From Ostrea edulis (lineage: Eukaryota), in contig NC_079171.1 of the NCBI RefSeq assembly GCF_947568905.1, forward strand, positions 65,534,001 to 65,598,000: a stretch of 64,000 nucleotides of DNA, in the 5' to 3' direction. The translations under genes and the position numbers were made by a program. The notes under the pieces were generated by a model, which ran no database searches, was not told the DNA's origin, and saw only the letters and a program-made list of their open reading frames with translations. This document shows positions 50,491 through 63,411 of this stretch, piece after piece (position 1 is the first letter of the stretch; the number at the start of each line of letters is the position of its first letter).

Positions 50491-53000
50491 AATATAGTCT
50501 GTGGATAACGATATGAATATTGCTGATCATATTGAATCCAACTTGTCAATGTCGACGGAGTTAATGTTAAATGATGTTGAAGAACAACACCGGTTATCAA
50601 TAAATAATACAGCAATTAGAGTAGATATTATTTTTATTAAAATGGCCAATACCTTCAAAGTTGTTTTATACTTCCTAGGCATCTATTGGGAGATGACATC
50701 CTTCAATTTCATTCCTAAAATGCAATACAGCAGTTTTTGTATATGCATCTACCACAGTTTCATTCTGTCGAAAGTGTTCAAACATTTCGTACATTTAAAG
50801 CAAAAATCGCTTATCATAGTTTATGCTAAGGTGTTTAGTGGAAACGACTGCATTTATTGTATTACATATGCTTATAATATCACAGTAATAGTCGTATACA
50901 GTTAAAATATATTTATTTTAATTCAGATTGTTGAAACTTTTGTATAATGTTATTAAAATCAATTGATAGGCTAATAACCTCTCACACAATTGACATGTTA
51001 GTCTGTCAATAACAACATTATCAAATCAGATACACAGACATGAACCAGATAAAGATGACTAAGTGGTGTCGAATATGATAAATTGACTCCGAATATGCAT
51101 GAAAATAAAAACTGCTGATATATAAACTGTCGTTGATATATTTAATGTTGAGTTAAAGGTCACATCTGTAGGTTTTTTTCTAATCACGTGACCAAATTTC
51201 AGTAACATACAATCACAGTAGTGCTAAGTGCAAACAGAAGAAATCCGCGTATCTGATTAAGAGAACGAGTTGCAACCGAGTGTAACCAGTCGACAATATA
51301 TTCTTATTCCTCCTAGTCATCACATCCTACCCCTGGTTTGTTCATGAGTGCGTGTTTGCCGACTCTAATATCTGTATACCTTATCACAGTTATGATTTAC
51401 ATCACGATCGTTATTTTCACCTTTTCTTTGTGCAATTCAATCTTATGTAACAAAGACTGATACATATCTAAATATCAGTAAAAAATAAAGGTTAATATTA
51501 AGTTTACTTACTCTTTCGGGGACACATATCCTAAATTCAACATAGAACACCATATGTAGCGCTCAGGAAAACGCCATCAGTGCCTATAAGAATGAACCAA
51601 TTTAAAATAATCCCCATAGTCACAACGTTGTCTAGTGTTATAAATGTACAATTTAAGTAAGTACAATTTCAAAATTAATGAAGCCGATGCATTTAATGGA
51701 AAAAAAATTCAACCCATTACATTTGAAAACAATTTCCATTAAAAATGTGATTGTAAGTAAATAAAGAAGTTCGTTGATTTGTTCATAGCAGTCATGCATT
51801 CACCAGTCCATGCAAAATGGGGTCATTTGCAAAATGGAAGTCCGTGTGTTGCACGATGACGTTTCTTTTATTCTAAATTTTGAGTGACCATATACTGACC
51901 TATGTTGTATACAGTTTATGCTTCACATAATCCACTTCAGTGATTATAAAGCTTACACTGCACTACTCTAGGTCTCTATCGTATGATATAGGTCATAATT
52001 TATGTAAGCCACCATGTGCATATGTAGATAGTATGATGTTAAAATACCCACTACGTTATTCTCCAAAATATCAACGATATAACACGATACACACATGATA
52101 CGTTAATATACACACAGGATACGATAGGCTACACACATCATACGATGTGATAAACGAAAAAAAAAAAACCTGATAAACGCAAATACGATAAGTGCTCTTC
52201 ATGATATACACAAAACGTGATAAATGAACATCACGATGGATCTGATCAACGCAAAATGCGATAAACACTATTCACCATAAACGCAAAACGCAATCAATGA
52301 TATTCACGATAAACGGAAACTCTGATAGATATGTTTTTAATTTAGAAATAATTTAGACAGAACGAAAAGTTGGGAGCTAGAAGATTATGTTGATATTAAT
52401 TGAAATATATCAATATTCACTATTTACCAGACAGGTATATACAAAAAAATAATTATCATATTTTTTGTTTTGTACTTCCTGATATAAATGATGCATTTTT
52501 TTCAATAATCAACATGTGCTTCTTCTGTTCAACATAAACCTTTTGCTATCAGTAAAAGACAATTCTTGCAACTGGAAATACTGTAAGTTTCAAACGCCTC
52601 CATTAACCTGAAGGCAAATTGATATTTTATTTGTTCACTCATTTACTAGATGAAGACCGGCGCAAGCTCAAAAAATTGTAATGCAGCTGTTGGGTTTTGG
52701 GTTGTTGAGGATTTACACATGAAGTTTTCAACTTCAAACAAACATTAACACATCAACTACTAATAAAACGTATACTAAATTGAAAACTGGAGTACCCATC
52801 CCTTTTAGTAATGAAAAAAAAATTATACTTTGAATTATGTTGACTGACTAATGCAGGTGATGGAATCCTGTGGTGTATGATTAAGACTTTACCATTTTTG
52901 CTAAATATACATTACTCAACGAATATTCACGTTCCTCGCTTTATTTACCCCCTTTTCAGTTTGTACGTTAATCTACGAAACTAGTTCGTGATCTCCTTCT
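50490..53000. repeat. Block D/E duplicate containing decayed LRRCT/TM-like sequence on the minus strand
   Basis: Colinear with 21770-22500 and 44520-46960. Confidence 0.85.
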
Positions 53001-53007
53001 CATTTGT

Positions 53008-53310
53008 TTCACAGCAGCAGTGGGCTATAGCTTATGTAATTTGCCTGACATGCGAATCTCATTCGCAACAGACCTAAATCGTTAAAACCGGTAGTAAGAG
53101 TACCATCACCAAACACTCGGCATAAATGGTGGATGACACAGGTCCTCTGATATGACCTTAAAAACAGATGGTCCGTGCCACAGTAGATAGAGTACACTGC
53201 TCAATGGCCGTAAGAGCCGAGGAAAGGCCTACATTTAAAGCCCTTCATTGGTCTCGGTTACGCCTCCATATGCGTGAAACATTTTCGGGATAAACGTGAA
53301 ACAGCTAAAA
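53008..53310 (+). mobile_element. Diverged tRNA-derived SINE
   Basis: Orthologous position and sequence to 46966-47292. Confidence 0.75.
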
Positions 53311-54619
53311 TCAATGGATAAATATCCTTTACTTCCGATACCTGTATGTGGTCAATTGGTGTCCAATCGGCGGATTTTCATGGGTAAGGTGTTATAACCC
53401 CACCCATTTGTTTGAATGAAATAGAGCAATGCTAAACAATCACCTCTATAGCTTAGCAATAAGATCCATTGATATATAAATACTTTAGCCAACACCACAT
53501 GCAACTTCGTCTCTATCTGTCTACAATATTCCTAAACTTGTTATAAAACCTGATTTATATACCAAAAACAAAACAAAATTTGAAAATTACATAAACCGTT
53601 TCCAAAGGGCACCGCTACTCTACACGTACATATCGTGTTTTCAGTTGATGACAATTGTTGAAATTCCTTTCAAATGATTGAAAGAATGATATCATCGTTG
53701 ATAGGGTTATGTCATTACAATGGACTATTTGTAATCTGTCCAATGAAATAAACAGTAATAAAACAGCATAGATATTTCTTGACCCACGCTACTATTTTTT
53801 TCAAACATTTCATTTGAAATAAGGAAACTATAAATCGAATAAATATTACAACATAACATCAATATAATGCACAGTGACATACACCGTGCTTGATACCCTG
53901 CCTCAGTAGCTCTTTTCTTCTAATGTCTATCATCTGGTAATGGAAGTTAGCATTGACTGAAATTTTACCAGACCCCAATATCATTTAAACAATTAAACTT
54001 TGCTGGAATGTGAAATAGAACCAAATAATAATTTGTGTAGCAATGGAGTGTATTTTACATCAAGCAATGAGTTCACCACTGATTCAACAATTACAACTAC
54101 ATGTAATGACTGTTTAAAAACCAACTACACGATGTGATATTTTTATACGTTAGATATCCCTACACTATGAATGATAGTTGGTACTAAAAAGTAATTGGAA
54201 CATGTTCAAATCCATATCTTATTAGCGCCAAATGAAATGAATAAATATAAACAAAAGACGACTTGTTTTATTAGCACTTTTGAAACGGTTGAAACATGTT
54301 TGTGCATACTGTGTATACTCTAAAAATCCTTTACCAAATATAGAGTGTCATCAAAGTGAAAGGGTACACTGGCTAATCCATTTACGTAACAAACATGTCA
54401 ACCATACGGTGATTTAGATAATAGGTGAAAATAACGAACATTGATCAAGCTCATAAACGAATGATACGTGAAAAAATGAACAAATAAAATGTATCCGTGT
54501 CTTATTTCATCGGGGAATGAAGGTATGTATCATTGCAGAAAAAAGGCATAACCCGAGTATGCGGACTTTCAAATGAGTTAGTAAGAGTTAAAACTACTCC
54601 GATGTTATTGAACGACGGG

Positions 54620-55685
54620 CGTCGCACGACTCACAATGGACAATGACAGCTGTTCTCACTTGTGTGTAATAGGTAACCTAAACACCAAAACTACATGAAA
54701 ACATCTGAAACTTTTCTGTTTGACTGAGGCAATTTTACCTACTTCGAAACCTCTCTGATTCCACGCACACGTACTCTGAAGTTAAAAAAATATACTAGAG
54801 TTCCTCATTGACAATATAGTCATGGTCTTTTGTGATCAATTCTTCCAACAGTCAGTTAAAATTCCCTTGGGCACGAATTGTGATGCTTGTTAGCTGGCCT
54901 GTTTTTACATTAATATGAAGCAGAATTTATTCAAAAACTTCTACATGAGAAGAACAATTATCTTGCTGTGCCCCTCAATTCGACATTTAGATATATCGAC
55001 GACGTATCTCTATCAATAATAAGAACTTTTATTCATATGTCGATTCGAAATAAAAAAAAAAAACAACAAAAAACACACCACATACTCATCCACTTCTAAT
55101 TCATACTTAGGTATTGTATTGAAAGTAGATATTGACGGCAAGCTGACAACTTAACTATATGACAAACGGGATGATTTTAGCTCCTGAATTGTCAATTTCT
55201 TATATTTATGTAGCAATATTCCATTATCACCTGCATTTATTGTTTATATATCTCAACTGATTGTATACACAAGGGCGTAGTCTACGTATGGTCAGTGTTT
55301 TAATCAAGGCAAGCCACTGACAAACAAGTTGATGGTACAGGAGTTTTAGCAGTCTCTATTAAAGTCAGCATGTTTCAACTCAAATAGTTGTTATAACGAT
55401 ATAGTTTGTCAATACAACCTATCATTATATGAAATGCGGTATGTCATGTTTCATACCGACTATTAAACCGTTCTTGGCATACTGATTTTGACTACAGATA
55501 GCTCTGTTGACCTGGTCAGACTATAATGCTCACAGCGAGTGTGACCTAACGTCAGGGGATGCTTACTCCTCTTAGGCACCTGATCCCACCTCTGGTGAGT
55601 GCAGTGGTCCGTATCTGCCCAACTGTCTATTTTGCATTGCTTGTAGGAGTTATGAGATTCATCACTAATCGTTATTTCTGTCTTT
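54620..55685 (+). mobile_element. Longest Penelope-like relic: RT core to 3' end
   Basis: DSTHTYSEV..LEFLIDNI..FQQSVKIPLGTNC..EAEFIQKLL..STFRYIDDV..YDKRDDFS..NIPLSPA..ISQLI. Confidence 0.85.
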
Positions 55686-55699
55686 CATATTGTATTGTA

Positions 55700-57400
55700 A
55701 ATATACAATGTTACAGACGATATGCACATAAGAATCTGCTCGAAAGGAACCATGTCGCACAGTTCTGATTCCATACATATTTTGCAAATAAATGAAATAA
55801 AGGTTCAAAATATATCTAGAATTATACCAGAGCATTACATCAATGGCATCATGATATTTTAGCAATAGGGGAACTCCAAATATAATGAATTTGAAGTTTT
55901 TGTTCAATATACTTCAGTTAAAGTGTGTGTAGACGGTTTGTAAACAATTGATGTTCCTTGAAAATATACTTATTAACTTATTCATCTTCGGTCCATGGGG
56001 AGTATAGGACCACAACGACATATCTGCAACATCATTGAAAATATACAACAGCATTCATTTATTCATTTATTCACTCACTTTACATCTTCAATAGTGAAAT
56101 AAAAACTAAAAGTTCAAATGGTTAATGATATAGCACAAATAAAATGTAAGAATTCAATATACAATGCGCATTCAGATCAAAATAATATAAAAAAAAAATG
56201 TTTCAGGCATTTACTTCGTAGCCTGCAAAATAAAATTATTGGTCAATCATAATTTACACAAAGGATAAACAGTTTTAAAATAAACAAAATAAACAATTGT
56301 ACACAATTTGTCATGGAAGCAAATGCTGTTTGGTGTGTTTATATGAATTGTTAGGGCACTCTTTGCACGCTGATTTTGAAGGCTGACTAACCCGCTTATC
56401 TTATTAAAAGCGTTTGAACCTGGTGCGACCAATCGACAGGATATGGTTACTCTTCCTAGTCACCTGATCCTAGCATTGGTTTGTCCAGGAGTCCGTGTTT
56501 CTCAACTTTAATTTATGTATACCATATCGCAGTTATGGGATACATCACGATCGCTATTTTCATCTTTTCTTTGCACAATTCAAACTTGTGTAACAGAGAC
56601 TGATATTTATCTAACTATCAGATAAAATAAAGATTAAGGTAAATTACCGACTCTTTAGGGGGACACAGATAGCAAAGAAAACATATAACAACAAACGTAG
56701 CGCTCAGGAAAACAACAACAGTACACACAATAATGAACCAATTCAAAATAAGTCCCATAGTTAAAATATTGTTCAGTATGTTAAACGTACAATCTAAGTA
56801 ATTACACTTTGAAAATGAAAGAAGCCGATGTATTTAACTGGTAAAAACATAGTTTTCATGTGTTAAATTCAATGAATTACATATGAAATAATGTCCATTA
56901 ACAATTGTGATTGCGGGTAAATGCAGAAGTTAGTTGATTGTTCACAACAGCCATACATTCACCATTCCATGTAGAATAGAATCATTTGCAAAATGGAAGT
57001 GCATGTTTTACATTATGTATGCACCGGAATATGTTTAAAACTTGGAAGAATGAGATTCAGTCTCAGATGACACGATAAGGATAACTTTTGGAAGTCGGCA
57101 TCAATGTGCCTTAGACAAACATCGTCATTACGAACTGAACCTATCCTTAACGGATATTCCATTATCAATAATATGTATTCAGCGGGGAAACATACGTGAC
57201 TCTTCAATGTATTCAGCCGGGAAACAGACGTGACTGTTCAAGGCAACGAGCTTAAGCAGCATATCTGGGTGTTCATCCGGCCAATGATTATCGTAAAAGG
57301 TCAGCATTTTGCAAATGGTATGGTCGCTATAACGATCTAGTTTGTCATTACAATCTACCATTGAGTCAATTGATGTCCGACATGTTTCACATCAAATGTC
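55700..57400. repeat. Old paralogue of 23480-24900
   Basis: Shared ggttcaaaatatatc, tttcaggcatt, aaacagacgtgactgttca and retroelement junctions. Confidence 0.7.
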
Positions 57401-58399
57401 AGTCCTTTCCTGGCGAGCTGATTTTGACTACGCATTACTTCGTGTGGCTGATAGGGTATCGCTTGCAAATAAACTGCCACGTTTTTCATGTTGAAACATC
57501 AGGATTTGTGTCGGGCTCAACCATTTTCCGTGTTTGTCTCCACCCAGAGGTATGCTGTTGCCCGGTCGTTCAGAAGTTGCGATCGAGATCGGGCGCGTTG
57601 AAGGACCGCGTCCGTCTTTCTTCCGAGGTTCGCTGTTACTCAGCGTTTGAAGTTGTTATACCGAATAAGTTGAGACTGTTTGTCCCGGCGCTCCATCGGA
57701 AAATTGACTGTTCTCCGGCAAGTCTGTGCGATGCATAGAATTCCAAATTATTTTTGAAATCTACGGCCGTGACCTTGTCGATAAAATCCATCGTTTTTGC
57801 CCTTCGAGTATCATGAGTATATATGCCTCGGTTGCTATTCCCTACTGTGAGATGCAGTCAATCGGGAGCACCGGCGATATAATTCGTAAGCTGATTGGAC
57901 AGTTTTCTTTGCAAGTTATAATTCTTCTGTGCCTTTCTTGTCATCAACTATTGACCCACTCTTTCTTGATTCTGCCTGTTTTTTCTCAATTGTTCCCATC
58001 TGTGCTGTCGTAAACCAATCAACCGTGCATCACGTTATGTCTTTGAAAAAAAAAAACAGGGGTAAAATGGCTAGAGAAATAGAGGAGTAATAATAAGTTT
58101 ATTTGTCACTTGGATAGCCCACCTTAAGAAAATGAGTCATCTCCTGTCGAATGGTCACACACGCCGTGAACCCTATATCTTGATAAAGTAAGGTTAGTAA
58201 TCTGTAGACAAAATCAATGTGCCAAGATCGGTCTAAAATCGATATGAAACAATGATCGTATTTAAAAACTAGATTGCTATAACGATCACAAGAATTGTGA
58301 AATACTTCCTTTAAAGTTTTCTTGAAATAAAATTAAATATCTAAATCAGTTCCAATACGCTAAGTATAAAGTAACCTATCAAATATTAAGTGTTTATGG

Positions 58400-59700
58400 A
58401 ACAGCACATGTATATGTCTTGCAATGCTTTGAAGAACGAAAGTCGTCTCCCGGAATGTAGCTCCTTTTAATTTTAGCATGAATGAATTGAAAACACTCCG
58501 ACTGTCCTTAAACATCGCTGACTCTGATTGCAAATATGCAAAGTAGTAAAACATGTTAGTCCATATTTCCTGATAATGCTGTATGGAAGGGATTTTTCTC
58601 AACAGCTTGGCTGAAACATGATGCCAATATGTGTGCAAAACAATAGACATTTACCTTGTGGGAGTGCCAGCGGTCACACCTGATCACACCCCTGACATGC
58701 CCTAGGGTCCGGTTTAGCCCAACTCATTATGTTGCATTCCTTATAAGAGATATACGATTGATTACTGATCGTTATGTTCAGCTCTCACGTGATAATACCC
58801 CTGTTTTACCTTTTTCACGCTCTGAACACTCAACTGATTCTATGAGTTTCTCTAGTGACTTTTAAGAGAGAAAATAGTGTTACTGCTTTTTTTTATAGTT
58901 ATTACCTAAATTATTCACACGCATAATATTAAATATTGCATACAATGTTTTGGTTTTTGTGGATTTAAAACAAATAAAAAATAATCTAATTGGCATTGTC
59001 ATAACAAATCAATAAAATATATATCTTCTAAACTTTGCTTGTGATCAAATTAGCATGTCTGGTATCTTAAAAACAATTATGATAATTCGGTAGCTGGTGT
59101 GCTTACCAGTCATAACAGAAACTCCATCAGATCCAAAAGCCTTAACTTGGAACATATTCTCTTCTCGTATATTTACCTCGTATAGAATGACGTGTGAAAT
59201 ACATAAACATGCTCCACCAGACAATTCAATGTTTGTCAGAATTGTTGTGGAATCATTCGCGGAAATGTCTATAAGCAATACAAAATAGAGTTGGACAAAC
59301 ATTTGTTCGTTATCTTCATCTTTCATACAGTAAAGTTATAACACTCTATATAACTTTATGTTCTGATGTTTGGATGATTTCCTTACATATCTGGTTGAGA
59401 CAGGTTTATCAGATCCAAAGGCAATTGGATTATTCATTAGTGATTGAAAATGTTATTTCGGATTTTAAATGGTAATCCAATGTTTGTCAGAAATTTCATC
59501 AACGGCTTTAAAGTAATATGCTTCGGAATTTGAGGTTAAATGATCGATCTGTGTGAAACTGTATGGTCTGTGAATTCATCAGCTTCCAGACTTATGTAAG
59601 GATAGCATACATCAGAGTTCTAGTTCATCTTCAACGGTATCATTAAGAGGGTGAAGAACTCCATCAACTGCATACTCAGTATCATAGGAAGTGCCTTCTG
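58400..59700 (-). mobile_element. Fragmented hAT-type (ZNF862-like) transposase relic interrupted by retroelement ends
   Basis: Minus-strand PYISLEADEFTD, AFGSDGVSVMTGK, KIPSIQHYQEI..NMFYYF..AMFKD..VFN..LKLKGAT in expected N-to-C order. Confidence 0.7.
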
Positions 59701-60604
59701 AATGTGTTAAGTATTCCAGTCAGTGACTACACTTTTCAAGAAGTGTATCAATTTATAGTTCAGTTATATGGTGGAGCCCAGTTTTTATTGGTTGAAGAGG
59801 AAACCCGGACACAATGCACCTGGGAAGACACCACCGACCATCCGCAAGTAAACTGGGACAACAATGTTGAGTGTGGCGGAGAACATAAATCAATTTAAAC
59901 TGATCTCATCATATTCGGTACTACACACCAACAAGAGAAATGAGATTAAGAGGGAGGATATTTTATAATTTTCATTGAGCGGGAGTGTTTCGAAAAGCAA
60001 TGGACATCGACCGGTCAATTGAATACTTGTAATATGACGAACCAAGACGCAGTGCAATTATTTTCCCGTGACCGGTAGACACTATACACGATCGGTTATA
60101 TTGATCTAAAACAAAAATTGTATAGGCCACTTTGACCTTACTGATTGATTTTACTCGGTGAGATTGAATATTTATCACCCGTCCCTAATGACTAACGCCA
60201 ATCTGAATCAATGCAATGATCCAACAATGACCGAAACATGAAGAAAAATAAATTTACAGATATATTCTACAAAAGGCATTTCAAGAAGACGCCTAACAGA
60301 ATATATACATCTGACATATTCGCTGGCTCGACTTATAATCACATTATGGGATCTGTTCTAATCAAGCAACTACTTACAATCAGAATCAAGTAACCACACA
60401 TCATTATGGATAGCATGACGGTAAAGATTGAGGGTAAAGGAATTTCAGAAAATGAGCTTTGATATCAAATAGCAAGTGAAGGTTTGTCTTTTTAAAGTTT
60501 TTAAGTTGTTTTTTCTTTCTTGTAAAAACAAGTGTAACTGCACTGTAAAAGCTGTGATATAAGAGCGTTATGCTAAAACATTTTAAGACATAAAAGGTAA
60601 ATAT

Positions 60605-60796
60605 TCGGAGCAGCGATCAATCTCATTACTCCTATAGGCAATACAAAATAACGAATTGGGCAAACACGGACTCCTATATATACCAGAGATTGGATAAGAT
60701 ACCTAGGAGGAGTATGCATTCCCTGTCGATCTGTTACACTCACCTTGAGCCCTTTATCCTAATCAGGTAAACGGAGTTATCCGCAGTCAAAACCAG
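60605..60796 (-). mobile_element. Penelope-like 3' fragment cut by the Harbinger insertion
   Basis: Reverse complement of terminal segment; stops at gcagtcaaaaccag. Confidence 0.8.
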
Positions 60797-61165
60797 GGCC
60801 CATATTTACTAAAGTTTGTAGACGTAAACGTAGCGTAAATCTAGACGTAGCGTACGTTTACGTGTGGGACGGTATTCACTAACAGTTGTAGACGTAAATT
60901 TACGTCAGAAATAAGCGTAACTCTACGTGTGCTATACTAGTACACGTAAGCTGATCGTAACTTTAAGAATAAACAAAGCAAATGGCGACTTGTCATTTTT
61001 ATCGATAATTTCTTGCGTAAAGACCTTACAAACCCTCTAGATGCATATAAGCTGGTTAGTAATACACAAATTAATTGTATTTATTCAGATTATCGTTTTC
61101 TTTGAGATCATCTGCAATTGTGTGACTATTCTCTAAATTTTGAGCCCGATCTAATTTACCTTGTG
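60797..61165 (+). mobile_element. PIF/Harbinger transposon 5' end with start of decayed transposase
   Basis: Terminus ggcccatatttactaaag after CAG; ACGT-rich subterminal repeats; remnant ..DLTNPLDAY..YRFL.DHLQLCD..PDL resembles HARBI-type N-terminus; matching 3' TIR not found. Confidence 0.6.
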
Positions 61166-61173
61166 GCGGATCT

Positions 61174-61271
61174 CAGTCTGATTTAAAATCAAACTTCTCA
61201 CTTCGCTCGATATACGGACAGTCGCTGTCCGTATATCGAGCAAAATGCGAAATTTGATTTTAATCAGACTG
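61174..61271. mobile_element. 98-bp hairpin MITE with 9-bp target-site duplication
   Basis: TIRs cagtctgatttaaaatcaaa / tttgattttaatcagactg; inner perfect 17-bp stem; flanks ggcggatct / ggtggatct. Confidence 0.8.
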
Positions 61272-62432
61272 GGTGGATCTAACCTTGCCTTTAGAAATAA
61301 TTGGGAAGCTTTTTATTTTAGTCATGCAGGTTATTAAAAAAAAAAAAGAATATTTGCCAGTTATCTTATTATACAGGGTAGGTCTAGCATCTTTCAGGGA
61401 AATACATTTTTTTTTAATTTTCCAAACATGGTAGAATTAATGTATATATATGCAATCAAACATGCAATGTTTTAGATTTGAAAAGAAGAGAGTCACTGTG
61501 TGTACAAGCATACATGGTGATTGACAGCTATAGAAAAACCATTTCTACTTATAGATATGTTATCTTTTCTTTGTGGTTATAAGCAAATATTGGTAGTCCA
61601 AATAACTAGTTGTTACATTGTAACTTACACAACAGGGAAATGAGCCTCTAAATAAATATTTCTTAAAAAAAAAGATATGCATTTCATTCCAAGAATACAA
61701 TTTTGTGTAATTTGTTTCAGAGAGCAATTGTGATGCCTACTAGTGTAGTCATGTGTAGACTTTCAATCTTTCAGAGTGCCAATTCCTTTAACTATAATCC
61801 TACAGGAGTTAAACCTTCATTGATAATGCATATATATGAATCTTTCTACCATTCATGATTTGTATATAATTGACCTTTATATGTGATCAGCTAGGTAAAA
61901 GTATTTGCAGTGTATATTACCAAACTCCAAGGATGATGCCTTCAACATACATATTATTTTGTTGAAGCCCATCCCCCCCTCCAATTTACAAAAAATATCA
62001 CTGATAAAAGTTCATTCTGAAGGCTTCTCACATTAAACCGACATATGTACTAATGCTCCTCTTTACAAATTTTAACCCACCAGACAACTTTGTTGATAAA
62101 TATTTAAGATTTATTTATTATGTCATCTTTTTAATATCAAGATGTTAAAATCATTCTAGAAATGGAAGTAATACGTGTACATGTCAATATCAATAACAAC
62201 ATGAAAATTCATCTAAAAAGTTATCTATTAACAAATATAATTACATGTACATAATTGTATGCATAACAATGCATGTACATGTACTTAATTTCTTAAACAT
62301 GTATTGTAACAAATTCTATTTTGCTGAATATCAAACTTTTTTTTATTTTACTGTCAATTTTTAAATGTCCATATGATATAAATGAATAAATAAATATATA
62401 AAATAACATCAATGTAGCAGATGGACCATCAA

Positions 62433-62490
62433 CATGGATTTATCAGTTGGTAGAGTATCAGACTACGGGTCATGGGTTAGATTCTCAATC
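62433..62490 (+). pseudogene. tRNA-derived fragment (tRNA-Lys-like pseudogene or SINE head)
   Basis: ggatttatcagttggtagagtatcagact resembles the tRNA-Lys 5' half; anticodon loop deleted; degenerate T-loop gggttagattc. Confidence 0.45.
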
Positions 62491-63411
62491 CTTCCTGTGC
62501 TCGTCCTTTTACACAATCAAGGCAATGGAAGATGAACATTTCTCGGTTTCGCAAAAGATTTTTCAGGCCATTACAGCGATGTACCCATAGACCTAGAAAA
62601 ATAATAGTATTACACTGATTTAAATAAACAACTGTCATTACACTGCAATCAAATTTCATAAGGCTTGAAAAATACATGCAACATAATTGTTAGTTAAATA
62701 GACTGTAAAATTGTGATAATACTGATTTTATTTACATTATATTTATCTACCGTACACCATATCTGGGAAGATATCATTAAGTATCACCTACAATTTCTAA
62801 TTTTAATGATTTTTAACCCAAGAGCCCATATTAAGAAAAGGATTTCAAATGACCCCAAGGTCAACTATAGTATTTTTTTCATTAACCATTCCCCTTGTAA
62901 TGAAATTGGCTTCTTTCCAAACCAGAAAAAAATACTTTTTAACCAAGAATGGTAAGTTTCAGTTGAGGTCATTCACGTTTATAAATAAAAGATACATTTT
63001 TGTGATATTTCAGGTACAATTCAGTTGCATTCTATTTTCTTTCTTCAAAATTCTCAGGTTTAATTAGTCTAGAGTTAACATATTTTGATAGTTCCTGGTT
63101 GTGGCAAGTAAAAATGTAAAATCAGCTGATATGTACTGCAGTAAGGTATATTAATGGGATTTTACTGTAGCAAAGGTGATAAAAATCTTGAGCAAAATTG
63201 AGTATTGAACCTGGTACCTTTGCACTAAGCTACTCAGGCTGACATATAATACATGGTAGTACAACATTATAAATTTAAAGGGGCATATTTGCTGTGAAAG
63301 TGATAGCAACCATTTTTATCTCTCAAAATCTCCCAATGGCAAAGGAATGTGTATTACTGACTAATAAAAATATTTCTTTAGTAAAATAAAAAAAACAAAC
63401 AACAGAAACCT

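Noticed and set aside
113-63067. Most ORFs of the supplied track as real genes
   Set aside because: They are short, mostly antisense or off-frame readings of retroelement fragments, pseudogenes or minisatellites (e.g. 3040-3330, 29453-29779, 36500-36682); paralogous copies do not keep them open
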